Source of the DNA: Selaginella moellendorffii
Taxonomy: Eukaryota; Plantae; Lycopodiophyta
Direction: 5' to 3'
Length of the DNA: 64,000 nt
Assembly (NCBI RefSeq): GCF_000143415.4
Contig: NW_003314266.1
Coordinates: 1,076,463 to 1,140,462 of the forward strand
The notes below the pieces were generated by a model. That model saw only the letters and a program-made list of their open reading frames with translations, was not told where the DNA came from and searched no databases. The stretch's first letter is position 1; every line of letters begins with the position of its first letter. Shown one piece after another: positions 51,087 through 63,610 of this stretch. A program made the position numbers and the translations under genes.

Positions 51087-52625
51087 CTAAACAGCTGATC
51101 CATCCTGGTTCGCCCATCTCCTCCGCTCCTCGGCCTCGTCAACCGGGTGGTACCACTCGGGCTTGGTCTTTGGATTGCTCAGCCGATAGTTTAGCAGCAG
51201 CTCCTCGTTGCAAACGTTCCTGGTTGTGACGAGCACCAGACCTCGCAGATAAGTTGGATCCCTGTCCTTGGCGCTCAAAACCTCCGGCAATGGAACCTTG
51301 CTCCAGCTCTTGCCTCTCCGCTCCATGTTCTTCACGGTGTCGTCCTCGAAGCGGAGGTTTGGAATGTAAGGCCGCATGTCCTCCTCGTGCTCCGGGAAAT
51401 CGTAGGGGCAGATCATCACGTTCGGGAGCTGGCCTTTCGGGGGATGATTCACGAAGTGAGCCAGAGCCAACGGGTTCCTGCGCTCGATCACTTCGATCTT
51501 GAGCCTGCTCGGCGGTGGAGTGTCGTCCTCGTCCTTGACTTCGATCAGAGCTTTGAAGCGATCTCCAATCTTCTTCTCTTTGCCACCCTGTGATGCAGCT
51601 TCTCCCTCGCTCGCCTTGTCTACCATAGCTTCCTCTCCCTGTTCTTCTTTTCTATCTTCCAGATCCTCTTCCTTCTCTTCGGGTTCGTCGTAGCCATCCC
51701 AGAATTCCCTGCTCGTCCCTCCTTTACCCCACGACTTTCCATCGATCACGTAGCCTTCGTACCTCGAGACGAGATAAGGATTGTCGAGCTTCGGATACCC
51801 GGGGATGTACCAGTACTTGGCCGGCGAGTATATGACTCCTGGATACAAAGCCACCACTGTTCCAGTCCTCGCTATCCCTTCCAGAAACAATCCTTGGCCA
51901 GCATTGTGTCCAGGAACTTCCGAGTCTTTGAGATGGAGTGAAAATCCCAGCTGGTTCTTCAGCGCTTCGTCGATATCGTATTTTCCCAGCGAGGCTGTTG
52001 CTGGAGGACCTGTGCTGCAAAACAAGCTCAAGAACATCACCCAAGAAGAAAAATAAAACAAAACAACACAAAAAAATGGAGATCGAAAGAGAACAAAAGA
52101 AAGAAAAATCACCTAAGAGTTTCTGGACTTCGATGTCGGGCTTGCTCTTGGTCACTGCGAATGCGAGCCCGCTGGGCCTCTTGAATCCCTCCTCGAGCGA
52201 TTTTTTTCTCTCGCAACCCGCGAGAAAGATGGTGTCTAGAGCGCGACTGATATTTCTCACTTGGTCGTGGATGTTTTCTTGTACCTGGTGTTCTTGGTCA
52301 GGAAAAGGCACCGTCCTCCCCAGCTGCTCGATCCTGTCCAGATCCTCGTCGGTAGCACTCGAATCCAGCCGACGATAGCTGCGAAGATTTCCAGAAATGC
52401 CTCAGCGAGACTAGATTTTGCTGCGAGGCAAATACCTCGTCAGAAGAAACAGCCTCGAGATATCGATCTCCTTCTGGACTTTGCGATAATCGGGGACCAC
52501 GACCTTGGATTTCGCGGTGAGGAATCCATCCCAGAGCTGCATGGCAAGAAGAATCGAGTGATTCCAGAGCTACATTTCCGCAGAATCGCCACAAGTCTTA
52601 CCACGCGAAGGCGCTGGATCGCCAT
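51087..52625 (-). CDS. SETD9: SETD9 (C5orf35)-like SET-domain protein, multi-exon
   Basis: AGQGLFL..VVALYPGVIYSP, NPLALAHFVNHPP..PNVMICPYDFP, YIPN, LVLVTTRNVCNEELLLNY. Confidence 0.88.
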
Positions 52626-52679
52626 AGCTGGGAAAAACCCCTAGGGCTTTAAAAGCATATGCCGGGAATAAGTTTTCTC

Positions 52680-52707
52680 GTGACGTGGCAAAATTATGCC
52701 ACGTCAC
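52680..52707. promoter_or_regulatory. Perfect inverted pair of TGACGTGG (G/C-box hybrid) elements
   Basis: GTGACGTGGCA-AAATTA-TGCCACGTCAC, ~55 bp upstream of the SETD9-like ATG. Confidence 0.6.
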
Positions 52708-52859
52708 TAAGTAAAGCTTTTTTACAAGTATTCTGGAAGAGAAGCTCAACGAGAAACGCAAACTTACACGCGTCCAAGCTCCATTCTGGAAAGAAGGGAA
52801 AAAAGTGAGATGAAACACACAAATTTTGATGGATTTACCGCAGAAAGAACGAAGATCTC

Positions 52860-55638
52860 TCAGGTGAAGCACTTTGGAAACGTCCAGATGATGAAGCGAA
52901 TGAAAGCATCGGTTTCCAGGAACTCGATGTGAGCGGTGCGGCCGATGAAGGCGTTGAAAGTCCTGGCCTGCGAGGAGATATCGAAGTTAACATCGCAGCG
53001 TATCAAGTTGCGCTGCCGGAGTGGCGACGGCGTCTTGAGTTGCAGCAGGCAATTGTGGAGCATGACTGCAAATGCCGGGCCTCGTTTTGCGTCACGGAGA
53101 GCCGCCTGGCACATCTCTATCCTGGCCGAGTGATATGGTACATAGCGATCCTAGAACAAAACCGAGGAAACAATTGAGAGTTTGAAAGTTTTCGCTTACC
53201 TGGGGTGAGGAGAGCAAGATGACATTTTGGAACAGCTCGAAAGTCTTGGCCTGCGAATGCCAAATCGTCACCAAAGCACGAAGAACAAACACGATGGTTT
53301 GTACCTGGCTTAGCTTGAAAAGAAAAGAGTCCTCGATATTCGTCTTGTCGGAGAAAGTTAGCTGGTGCATCAAAGCCGAGCCTTTCCATTTCTTCAGTAT
53401 CCAGAGGCCCGAGTTGAAAAGCGGGTTTGAGCTGTAGAGATAGCCGAGATGTGGACCAGATATGGATAAGAAAGTGTACAAGTACTTGAGGTAAGGTTGA
53501 AATGAAGTCTCTGCGAACAAAATCATACCAAGACAATTTCAAAGCTGTGAAAAAATACAACTATATACCCATCAATGCAGCTCGAATGATCAGATTCCCG
53601 ATAGAGTGTCCCACAAAACTGATCTTAAAGTTTCTGTAGGCTCCATATTTCCTTGGTTTGCTCATTCTCGACTTTAGAAACTCGGCCGCTTCGTCTGCCA
53701 GCCGGCCTCCTAGCTCGGACAAGTCGCCGGACGTTCGCTCCTCGTTGGCGAGAGACATAAGAACCTCGGCTTCAGGATCAGCTAAAAGCCAGTGATTGCG
53801 AACGAGTCTCAAATCCAAATGGTGGCCCTGAGTCGATCAATGAGTTAAAATTGTTGTAAGTGAATAAAAAACAGTAGAATACTTACTTGAAAACCATGAA
53901 CAAATATTACCAGCCTTAACTCGTCGATGCCTCTGCCACTTGTTTCTTCGGCATCTCCAATCTGTTCATGCTCCACAAAGATAATGGGTTGTTGTGAAGG
54001 CCTTCCGAACAAATGCATATCTTCAAAGTCACATCCGATCTGCAAAGCTAAAAGATTAAAAAAACATCCCACTTGAGCGATGCCATAACAAAATAGATTT
54101 CGTACCGGTGTTTGCATGAGGCTTTTCCGATGTATCTCAGCACGATTTACTGCCCATTTCTAAACAGAAAACAAAAAAAAGAATGATTAAAACACTAAGT
54201 CTTTGCAGCAACGTACATCTTCAGACTCCCTCGTGCCAGTAAGCTCTGAATGCCTCACCCACATGAGACAGTGAGCGTATCTTTCTTGATTCCAAGAATT
54301 GCGGAGCGAGGTGCAAAAGAAATCCTTGTTTTCCCTGTAGCTAAAGTATCAACAACGAAAGTGTACAAGTGTATGTACCTATGAAGTTTCATGAAAAGAT
54401 TCCATAGGCCAGAGAGCTGATCCTCAAGCTCTTGGCTTGCTCCTTTATTCCCCTGTAAAGTTTCCAAAGTCGTCTCAGGCACAAAAACTAGAATAAAATA
54501 ATGAACCATCATACCGTGATCTCCTCTTGAAGCTGCTCTATGCTTCCAAACGCGTTGAGCAGCGACACAAGAGCATTCCTAGATGAAAGCAGTACTTTAT
54601 GCACTTCCACGCTCTATGACCTGGAGATGTTAGAGAATCAGTCGTTGTTTAGCACCCTCTACGAACCTTTAACGAGTTTCTGGTAGCAAGGTTGTAACCG
54701 GCTGCATTACATGAAGAAAGAGTAGAGATTTGCGAAGCTTACCCTTCAGTTGCAGCATGAAGAGGTTCGATCTCGTGGTGCGAAGTGCTGAGTATCACCG
54801 TGTGTACGAAGACATCGACCAGAGCCATATGGCTTGCATCAAAGTGCAAAGGACAGTAAGCGTGTGCACCGTGAACAGCTCGCGGCGAAAGCCGGTAACA
54901 GTGGCTTGCAACGGTGGGTAACTCCATGTGCATCGAGTTGAAAAACCTTCCAAAGACAAGAGAGAAAGAAAAACACGTAACTAAGAGCGTGAGATCGATG
55001 CAAACTCGTACAAAAAGCCGTCCAAAGGAGCAAAAAGGAGGTGGAACTTGATGAGAGCTGATGAGTTGAGAATCTCCTGCAAAGTGATCCAACGAAAGGT
55101 GTGTCAGCAAAAGCAAAAGTGAAAGAGAAAAGAGAGAAAAAGGAGACCTCCACAGATTTAAAAGCAAGGCTGAACGAGACCATCATAGCCAGAAACACGT
55201 CTTGGCGAGCATACTTGATCTTGAAAGGGCGTGTGCAGAAGCTGTGATCGGTGTCACTTATATGCCAAACAGTCGAGAGTCCATCGCTCGCACCTAAGTA
55301 ACAAGACAAGAACGCGCGTTCAAAGGGATACAAAAAAACCAAGAAAGAAAAACAAAACTTCGAGGGAAAATCTCAAGGAAAATTTGGAAGGAAGAATCCC
55401 TGTACTGACCTTCGTATTGCACGACTCGAGTGGGAATTCCAGCTTCTCGATCGTTTCCCTCCCAAGCGCAAGTGACCTTCAATGCATACCATCTGGATGG
55501 ATGGGGCGGCAGCGGGATTTCTAGCTCAAATCTCGAAGAATTCTGGAAGAGAGGAACGCATTTTGCTTACCCTTGCTGCCAGAGATCCAGGTTGTGGAAG
55601 CGCTCGATGTACAAGGAAACCTCAAGCGCAATGTCCAT
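52860..55638 (-). CDS. FAM135: FAM135-like DUF676 putative lipase/serine esterase, multi-exon (5' end may extend upstream)
   Basis: LYIERFHNLDLWQQG|WY, FKIKYARQD, LVIFVHGFQ|GHHLDLRLV, ISFVGHSIGNL nucleophile elbow, SGPHLGYLY, IGRTAHIEFLE. Confidence 0.9.
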
Positions 55639-55903
55639 TTCGTCCAGCACCAACAAGCCCTACATTTGGGTTTACTTTACACTTCCTTTGTATGTGTGCT
55701 TTCTTTGAGTTTAATAAATTCTTTACCTAAATTTGTAGCATAACAAAATTAAAGTTTTGAGCTTAAATACCTTTCACGTTTTGTTTGTGTGTTACAAATT
55801 TACTTCACTTTTGCTAGATAATCTGTGGTGAAAAGCTTATCACTCAACAAACACGTTGCACCTCACAATAGGACTATATATATTCATCATGCCAAAGACA
55901 GAT

Positions 55904-57772
55904 TTAGTGTAGCTCCTTGCCTTTTAATTTCTGTAATTTTATTCTTTCACTCCTCCTCAAGGTACGATTGCAGCTCCTATTGCAGCTGCTGTGCTTGGAA
56001 CATAAGATGCTGTTAGCCATAGCAAGAGCAGAACACTTACATTTGCCAACCATGTAATGACATTCAAGAGTACGCCCAGCACGTTTCTGGAACTTGGTTT
56101 CGAGAGGGGATAATAGCAGATCTAGTTGCCCATAGTTGACAAACACATCCGCATGATTGTCATAGCGGATCACCACCCCGTCACTCACACAATTTCCAAA
56201 GCAACCAATCCACACAAAGTAGGTGTAGTAAAGCTTCACTCCCTTGAATAAAAAAGGCTCCTTTTCCTTGACTCTGAGCAGGACCTTCTGCTTGTTATCA
56301 TATATTTGCTCCGGGTTAAGGTCGTCCAGGATACCGGCTTATAGCACAAATGCTTTGCGATACATGGCAACACTGATCACCGGCCGCACAGCAGTGGCTG
56401 GGTCGGAATCCAAGTAGACCTTCGAATCCCATGAAGTCGTCCACCATTTATCGCGTGCGCTCCTCCAAAATCTTTCTGCCACAATCTTTTGTCCCACAGG
56501 AGCCAGCCACACAGACTCCCGCAGCCTCAGCACCGTTGCGACTGCCAAAGTGCAATTCCATCACCATAGTACTCTTGTGCGAGAAGAGGGGCTAGCCATG
56601 GAAGAGGACCTCTTCCATGCCGAGTGTGGCACCCTGGATTGCTCGAAGGCAAGCCTCCTAAGGGGCTCGCACAGGCAAGCGCATCTCCCGTCCTTGTTCT
56701 TGTACAGAAAATGCCCATTCCCGGCATTGTTGAACTCGTTCAACTGACCGCTTTTAAGCTCAGAGCCGCCAAAGCCTCCAATGCCCATGCACTGGCCGGG
56801 CCAAGGGCATCGTCAACCCCATCGGCATAATAGGTAAGTACAAGAGGGAGCTCACCACGGTAGTAGAACTTCAGGAGCAGCGGCGAGAACCCGGTGAGGT
56901 GCCGCACACTGTCGTCCACCGGCGGCTTACCGGCGTGCCGCGCAAACCAGTTGAGCTCCTCGCCATCGAAGGTTTCTGGCATGTCAAAGAAGGCATTTGC
57001 AACACCACAGTCGGGAGAGGCACCAGCGCGAGCACAGAAACCAAGGACCCTTCCCTCTGTTATGTCTTTCAGGAGATCCATAGCGGCCCTCTTATCCTCC
57101 GCTGTCCTGTCGGGGATAGCGAGCATGAAGCAGAGCTTCTCTGGGCGGTTCTTGATCCACTGTACTAGACGATCGCGGGACTTGAGGGCCATGATCTCGT
57201 TCACGACGGCCGCTTCACCACCAAAAGCCACGCCCAGGTTGGACTGGAGGACAACCAAGGGCATGCATCTGAAGAAGGGTCCGCAGAGATACACCGCCTG
57301 GGAGGGGAGTTGTCCGTTAGAACTGAGCAGGAGGACGCTATCGACTTACCTTGCATCGGTTTTGCGTCGTGAGAAAGGCAGCGAGTGTGGCGAGTAGGAA
57401 AGTTTTGCCACAACCGGGTAGCCCCCTGATGCATCCACGGCCGCCGGGCGCTAGGCTTGTGACAAAGGCGGCAGCGTCACGGAAGCAGGCCCGGCACATG
57501 AAGTCGATCCAGATGGTCTCCTCTAGGAAGTCCGAGGGCAGGCGCACAGGAGTGAGAGAGCGCTCGCTGCACAGCTGCTGCTCGGCCACCCTGCACAGGC
57601 TCTTCTGCATCTCCTGCCAGCTTTCGATGAAATCCTTGAAAACATTGATAGGTTTTTTGCCTCCAAGCGCCAACAACGTGTGCCATATTGGAGAGCCCAC
57701 GAAAGATCTCGATAGAATTCCGCCGTTCTTGATGGAGCAACACTGTGAAAACTCTTTCCAGACATTGGGCAT
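55904..57772 (-). pseudogene. Crinkler/RHS-like NTPase gene, disrupted in its C-terminal half
   Basis: FMCRACF..IRGLPGCGKTFLLATLAAFL|AVYLCG with a GT-AG intron at 57298-57349; LTGFSPLLLK; frameshift near 56740 and further stops downstream. Confidence 0.6.
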
Positions 57773-57849
57773 AAAAAAGCTCAGGTATATTCATGGTAAA
57801 AAGTGTCAAAGCTTAGAGAAAGGTTAACTAGGATTTCATCTTGCAGGAT

Positions 57850-59960
57850 AACCAGAGCTACTTCAAAGAGCTCATATTCTTGAAAAAACCTGGCTATAGA
57901 AATGAAATATAAAGTATTATGAACCCCAATATAGATCAAACATTGAAACATCGATGACCTAATCAGAAAATGTATTTTATCCTATTGACTTGGTGTAGTA
58001 TCATAACTATTAAGGCTGCACTGTGTTCTTTCTATAGCTATTTTCTTCTATGTTCATGTGTTTATTATTTGTGTGTCATTTGTAAGTTTTGATAGTGAAT
58101 ATAACTAGAATATGCTTGAATATTCTAGGATATTCAAATATCTAATGGTTGTTATTTATTTAGATTAATCTTGTATTTATAATTTATAAATATGTTTCTA
58201 ATGTATAAACTTTCCAAAACACTTCCTAGTATAGTTTAGTTTATTCTACCATCTACTGGTTGATATTCAATAAGATTAATCTTGTGTTTATAAATTATAA
58301 GCATGTTTGTAATTTTTGATTAATTAATTTATTAAATAAGAATAACATTACTATTAAGAAAACCAAGTGTTGCTACATGCAACATGCAGCAAATTTTTTT
58401 AAAAAAAAGTTTTATCCCATTAAATCATCTTTAATTACTATTTAACATATTTTGATTCCTTGCTAGTATTTAAATATGCATGCTAGAAAAATATATTTAC
58501 AATATAAATAAATAAGTATATATACTATCTAGTGGTGTAAGATCTAAAGAGAGACATACACACACTTATATATATTTTCTTTCTTAAATAGTCACTAATT
58601 ATAGTATTATAGCATATGGACCATCCACTTGGGGCTAAATCATTCTTATATATGACAAAAGGTCTAAACCCCAATTAATGTATTTATTTTTATATCTAAA
58701 ACACTCACACTGGTAGAGGTAAAAGGTATTATAATTTATTTCTTGAAGGCAAAGCTTTTTAGTAGTGTTTTACTCTAGTGTTCAGGATTATTTTTATTCT
58801 TTTTAAAATCTAAATCTGTATTAACTTTTTGCAAAATCTAGAATTCTAGCTATTATTATATTTAGTTTTGATTTTCATTTTAAATCTTCATTACATTCCT
58901 TTCTTCCACCATACCATGCTGTCACTGATTAAAGAGTATATCACTTGAAGTTGCTAATGTTATTTTATTGGATCAAACTTTGGTGTTGTGATGTATGATT
59001 ATGTTGGCATTGCACCCATCCTTCATGTATTACTATTTCTAACTTTTGTGAGACATGATTACACAAATTTTTTTGTTCTCAGTGTTTTGCCATCTATTGT
59101 TGATATAAAGCATGACTATCACATTAATTGAAAAATTATGGATGATGCAATTTAGTTTTTGGAAAATGTTCAAAGATCAAATTTATAAAAAGATGATATA
59201 TATGAGCTCGAGTGGATGGATTGTGATGATGAGCTTGATTTATATAGAAATAATTTTGGAGACTAAATAGAAATTTCATGAGGTATATATTAATCCTTCA
59301 ATTTGCCATTTGATCATTTCTTTTTACCTTTTAATCTTTCCCAAACTTTTTATATCCAAACCACTTTCTTGTATTTCTAGCATTTTTCCTTATTTGTAGT
59401 GTTTTTGTCCTTTGGCATATTGATTATTTATGACTTTTATAATTGTTATTCTTAACTTAGTATTCCTCCTCATACTAATCTTGATATTAAGTATGTGCAT
59501 GAAATTGAAAATTTTACTTTTGTTTCGTTAACAAAGTCTTTGATTAGTTCTAGTGTTAAATATTCACCTATTTCAAAAATTGAGTTACTTTGACTAGAGT
59601 TTTGGGTTGAATGTATATCCCTACTTATAAGTGTCATAAAGAATCTTTATTTTACTATTGTTATTAAAGAATTTATGTGTTCCTTTGAGATTATGGACAT
59701 TTATATTAATTTTCTCATTTCGAAGTGTTGAATTATGTGTTGAATAAGTTGAGCACTGTGAATCTTTTGATTATATTATAATGGCTGAAGTATTTTATAA
59801 TAAATCCTAAACTTTGAGTATATATATTTTTTATTTTCCTATTTCCACATTGATAATTACTGAAGATTCCTTTATTAATCTTTTTTTATCCATTTTTTTT
59901 CTTCCACTCCTCAATTTTTCTTGTTTTCTCCTCTTTGCCCTCTTGCATCCATATAAAAAT
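57850..59960. other. Very AT-rich, ORF-free block, probably a decayed transposable element
   Basis: Abrupt composition change; no ORF >60 aa in 2.1 kb; no termini recognised. Confidence 0.45.
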
Positions 59961-59989
59961 TAATAACACTGAAGCAACTCTATTTTAAA

Positions 59990-61400
59990 TTGGTTTGTAC
60001 TTTCAAAAAAGAGTCAACCAAGGATGCCATAGACATTTTGAGTCCGGTAAAAGTTCGTGGTGGTAATTCACGACTGCATCGCACAAATGATGCCCCATGG
60101 AGCAGCTTGCAAATCGACGTTCTGGCAAACATGCTGGCTGCTTCTATACGTGGTGGCGATGCTTTAGCTGCATGGCGTGCAGCTTCATCCACTTATCACA
60201 CCACATGCACAAATTTGCCTTGCCACTGCTTTGCCAACAGCTGCGGCCAAACTCCCAGGTGGGACACGGTCTTCAGTTCCAGCGCTCCCTTTCCTCAGGT
60301 AACTTGACGCTTTACGTTTGATCTTCTTCTTGACTGACTCAGTTTTTTGCAGGTAGCATTCGTTTCCTCAGGAAAGCTCGCAAATGGACTTTATCAAACG
60401 GAATCCCAGGAAGAAGGATTGGTGGAGAGGGAGCAGCTCATCCGATCCTTATATCTACACGCCGTTTTCAGAGAGCCGAAAAAGATTCAGCTCATCTGGA
60501 TAGTTGAAGTTCTTGTTGAAGTTGCAAATCCTTTGTGCCTTCGAAATCCACGTTGAGAGTATATGCATCAGCCGGGGGAATTCGAGGCATTTCCACAGTC
60601 CTTTGTCTTACCTCCGAATGGATCGAAAGTTTTGTCACTCGCTGGAAGGCCACGTTCGACCGGGTCACTGACAGTACGGGGATACTTTGTGAACTACAAC
60701 GGCGTTGTTACCGAGCACTGTTTTGGGGGCACAAATGCTGAGAGAGGCTTGTTCCTGGAAAATCCATTCCGAAGCTCGGGCAGAAGTGGGTTAAAGCTCC
60801 GAAACAAGCCTCTCCCGGACATCAAAGTTATCCCTCCACTGCCGTCTCTAGTAGTGGACGTTGAGAGGGCGTGGTAGTTATATACGAGGGGGAGGTTCGA
60901 AACATGACGATCGAGCTTTGCAACATTGGTTCCGTGCCAGTTATAGAGGCGAACATATCAATGGTGGCAAGGCGCCGCGAGCGCAGAGGAAGAGAAAGTC
61001 ACTTCACTAAATCTTGGACAAGGAAGCTTTTCTGCAAGTCCATTATGCAGGTACATAGCCAGTTTATCTTGTGGAACTAACCAAAGGACCTTTTCACAGG
61101 TTCTCCAACACGGACGAAGAACTCTCTCTCGGTAGGCGGCTGAGTAGTCGTTTGAGGCTTCAAGTTCTTCAAGGCCTTCGTCTTGTGAATTCACGGCTGC
61201 TGTCGATGGAGATTCATCTCCAACTAAGCAGTACTCTCCGCAAGGCCGAAGCAAACGCCACACTGAGAATGGATCCTTACAGGGGAACCTCCAAGTTCTC
61301 GAGCTAGAGCTGTGGAATGGAACGGATGCTTTCTCCACCACGAAAGCTGTACTCGAGCTTGACTTCATGGCAACAAGCTCCGGTCCCTCGTCCGGAAGTG
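59990..61400 (+). pseudogene. TRS120: TRAPP II subunit TRS120/TRAPPC9 internal fragment
   Basis: WSSLQIDVL..IRGGDALAAW, LIWIVEVLVEVANPL, FEAFPQSFVLPPNGSKVLSLAG, PFRSSG..IKVIPPLPSLV, IYEGEVR, GRRL..LQVLQGL; many frameshifts, introns retained. Confidence 0.85.
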
Positions 61401-61969
61401 GCAATCACTGATTGAAGTTTGATGTGAAGACGACAGAGTAAGGCTTTCTTATATGGTTTTCCTTAATTTCTAGTACCATTGATTATCATGTATTGCTTGC
61501 AAGCATAACTTGGCTTGAAAAATGTTGTCCTTGTCATAAGGATCCCTTGCGGTTCTGTTATTCCAAGAGAGATTTGAAAAAGGTCAGTTATAAAGGATTC
61601 TCGCCCTGAATACATATTAATCTCATTCCAGGCTCTGCATTCTTGCAACAGGAAAAACAAAAATGAAGAACTTACATGTATGCAAACTTGACCATATCTT
61701 CCTCCGTCCTTGCTAGCTGAAAACCAATGATCACATCTAAAAAGTTTTGTACTAGAGGTTTAACTATACTGGCAAAGGTTTCGTCCCGTCCTTTATCTTA
61801 TTCTAAGGTAGATTTTTATTCTTGTTGAAATTCAAGGTCTTTTTGAGTGCTGTGCTCGTTTTCCCTGTTTCTCTTCTTTAGCTTGCAAGTAAGAAAGAAA
61901 ACATAGGCATAATTACGTTATTATTTGTATTTATAATATGATCATGTTTTTTTAGTAACAATTTATTTA

Positions 61970-63526
61970 TTACTTATGTCTTTTACAATTTAATTTACCA
62001 CAAACTGAGCCTTGGTACTTCCCTTTTTTAAATTTCCATGTGCAAGTCTTAACTTGTAGCTGAACAGGAGTGTTTGCCATCCCCATAGTGGCTACAGCAG
62101 TGCTCGCTATAGTAGTGTTCATAGTAGTTATAGCAGCAGTAACCACAGCAGTAGTAGTAGATGTAGCAGTAGCAGTAGATGTAGCAGCAGCAGCAGCAGG
62201 AGCAACAGCAGTAGTAATAGCACCAACAGCAGTACCTGTAGTCAAAGCTATCTTTGGTGCTTGCGGTAGTTTTGCAGGGACATCTTCATGTGCAGCAACA
62301 ACATTGTTTGCAGCATAATGTATTCGCGCTATCAAATAGTTGCATGCAACATTCCGCAGATGCTTGCAAAGAACATGTGAAGCTCCTCCATAATTGAAAA
62401 CACATCCCGTGCTTGCACCAAATGGGACGATATGTTCACTCTTCGCACCCGAAATGACGTTCATGAATTTTCTCACTTGACTACAGTCTAGCGTCGAAAT
62501 GAAAGCCACTAGTCGGTCTTCATAGCTGTCCATTACTTCATGTAGATCTGTCTCATTATCTATCATCAGGAATTTGATGCATTTTCCACACATCTCAGAG
62601 TTCACAGCATTTAGACCAAAATGCCGGACTAAACAAGTGTACTCATTATCAGAGAGCTCAGGGCGGGCACAAATGTGGGGGATTCTACCAGACGCCTCTG
62701 GTGGCTGTATCTCGGTTAAATCTGTCACAAAGAGACTGATATGCAGAGAAAGGATTGGTCTTAACGCTTTGTCCATAACTCCTCCACCGTCAATAATGAA
62801 AATAATAGTCTCCGACAGATCTGTCACCCATTCGGCTATTTTCTCCATGTCCCTTCCAATTCTAGCAAGGGACTCAAGCTTGATAGGATCATGGAGGAAT
62901 GTAAAGACAAGAGATGCGTAGAAAACATCAGCTGGGATGAGCTTATATTCCTGATATGGTATCAGGCATACAGGTTTTCTAGCATCAAGGCCATCTTTCA
63001 CAGCTTCTGTCCCGTCAGGGCTTAAATGCCTACCTCTGGCATTTGTACCTTCTGAAGAAGAAGAAGCACCGACTTCTTCAATTTGGCATACATTAACAGC
63101 GTCTTTCTGCAAAGACATGGCACCGACTCCATGCAGGTTAGTGTCCGTGTTCTCTACTCGTTCTGCATCTTCTGGAGCTTTTAGCTTGTCATTTGTAGCA
63201 TCAGGGCCTGAATGCCCGGTCCGAGCATGTGCTGCAGGGCAGCCTAAATGCCACAAGTGGCAAAACAATACAACTCCTAGAACCCGTTTGCCACACCCGG
63301 ACGGGCCTCCAAGAACGAGTTTCTCTCTAGTTTGCATTTTTGAGACCCTTTCTGCAACTTCTACAAATTGTTCTCGCCCCATGTATCGCACCTGACCCAC
63401 AAGATGAAATGCCGGGTATGGGAACTCAATGGGCTTGCCCGAGGGATCTGCCAGATTCTTGCCCCAGAACAAGCTGCAAATCAGATCTCCTGTCTCCCTG
63501 GAGAAGTTTAGGATCTTTTGATTCAT
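61970..63526 (-). CDS. Crinkler/RHS-like NTPase-domain protein with Ala/Thr linker and C-terminal CCCH-type motif
   Basis: Uninterrupted ORF with first ATG at 63526. FPYP..YMGREQF, Walker A GPSGCGK, Walker B IIFIID. Ends CTWKFKKGKYQGSVCGKLNCKRHK. Telo-box repeats CCTAAGCCCTAAACCCT upstream. Confidence 0.7.
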   Translation of the reverse strand: MNQKILNFSRETGDLICSLFWGKNLADPSGKPIEFPYPAFHLVGQVRYMGREQFVEVAERVSKMQTREKLVLGGPSGCGKRVLGVVLFCHLWHLGCPAAHARTGHSGPDATNDKLKAPEDAERVENTDTNLHGVGAMSLQKDAVNVCQIEEVGASSSSEGTNARGRHLSPDGTEAVKDGLDARKPVCLIPYQEYKLIPADVFYASLVFTFLHDPIKLESLARIGRDMEKIAEWVTDLSETIIFIIDGGGVMDKALRPILSLHISLFVTDLTEIQPPEASGRIPHICARPELSDNEYTCLVRHFGLNAVNSEMCGKCIKFLMIDNETDLHEVMDSYEDRLVAFISTLDCSQVRKFMNVISGAKSEHIVPFGASTGCVFNYGGASHVLCKHLRNVACNYLIARIHYAANNVVAAHEDVPAKLPQAPKIALTTGTAVGAITTAVAPAAAAATSTATATSTTTAVVTAAITTMNTTIASTAVATMGMANTPVQLQVKTCTWKFKKGKYQGSVCGKLNCKRHK

Positions 63527-63610
63527 GGAAGAGAAGCCTATGCGGAGTGGCCAAGCAGCAGCACCTGTCCTGTGTCGCACCCTAAGCCCTAAACCCTCTC
63601 GGTGGTGTCA

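Noticed and set aside
47202-55638. AIG1-like plus FAM135-like genes as a lipid-metabolism cluster
   Set aside because: Only two genes, separated by unrelated loci; no evidence of functional linkage
61440-61800. Short minus-strand exon-like fragments
   Set aside because: No recognisable motif; cannot be linked to neighbouring genes
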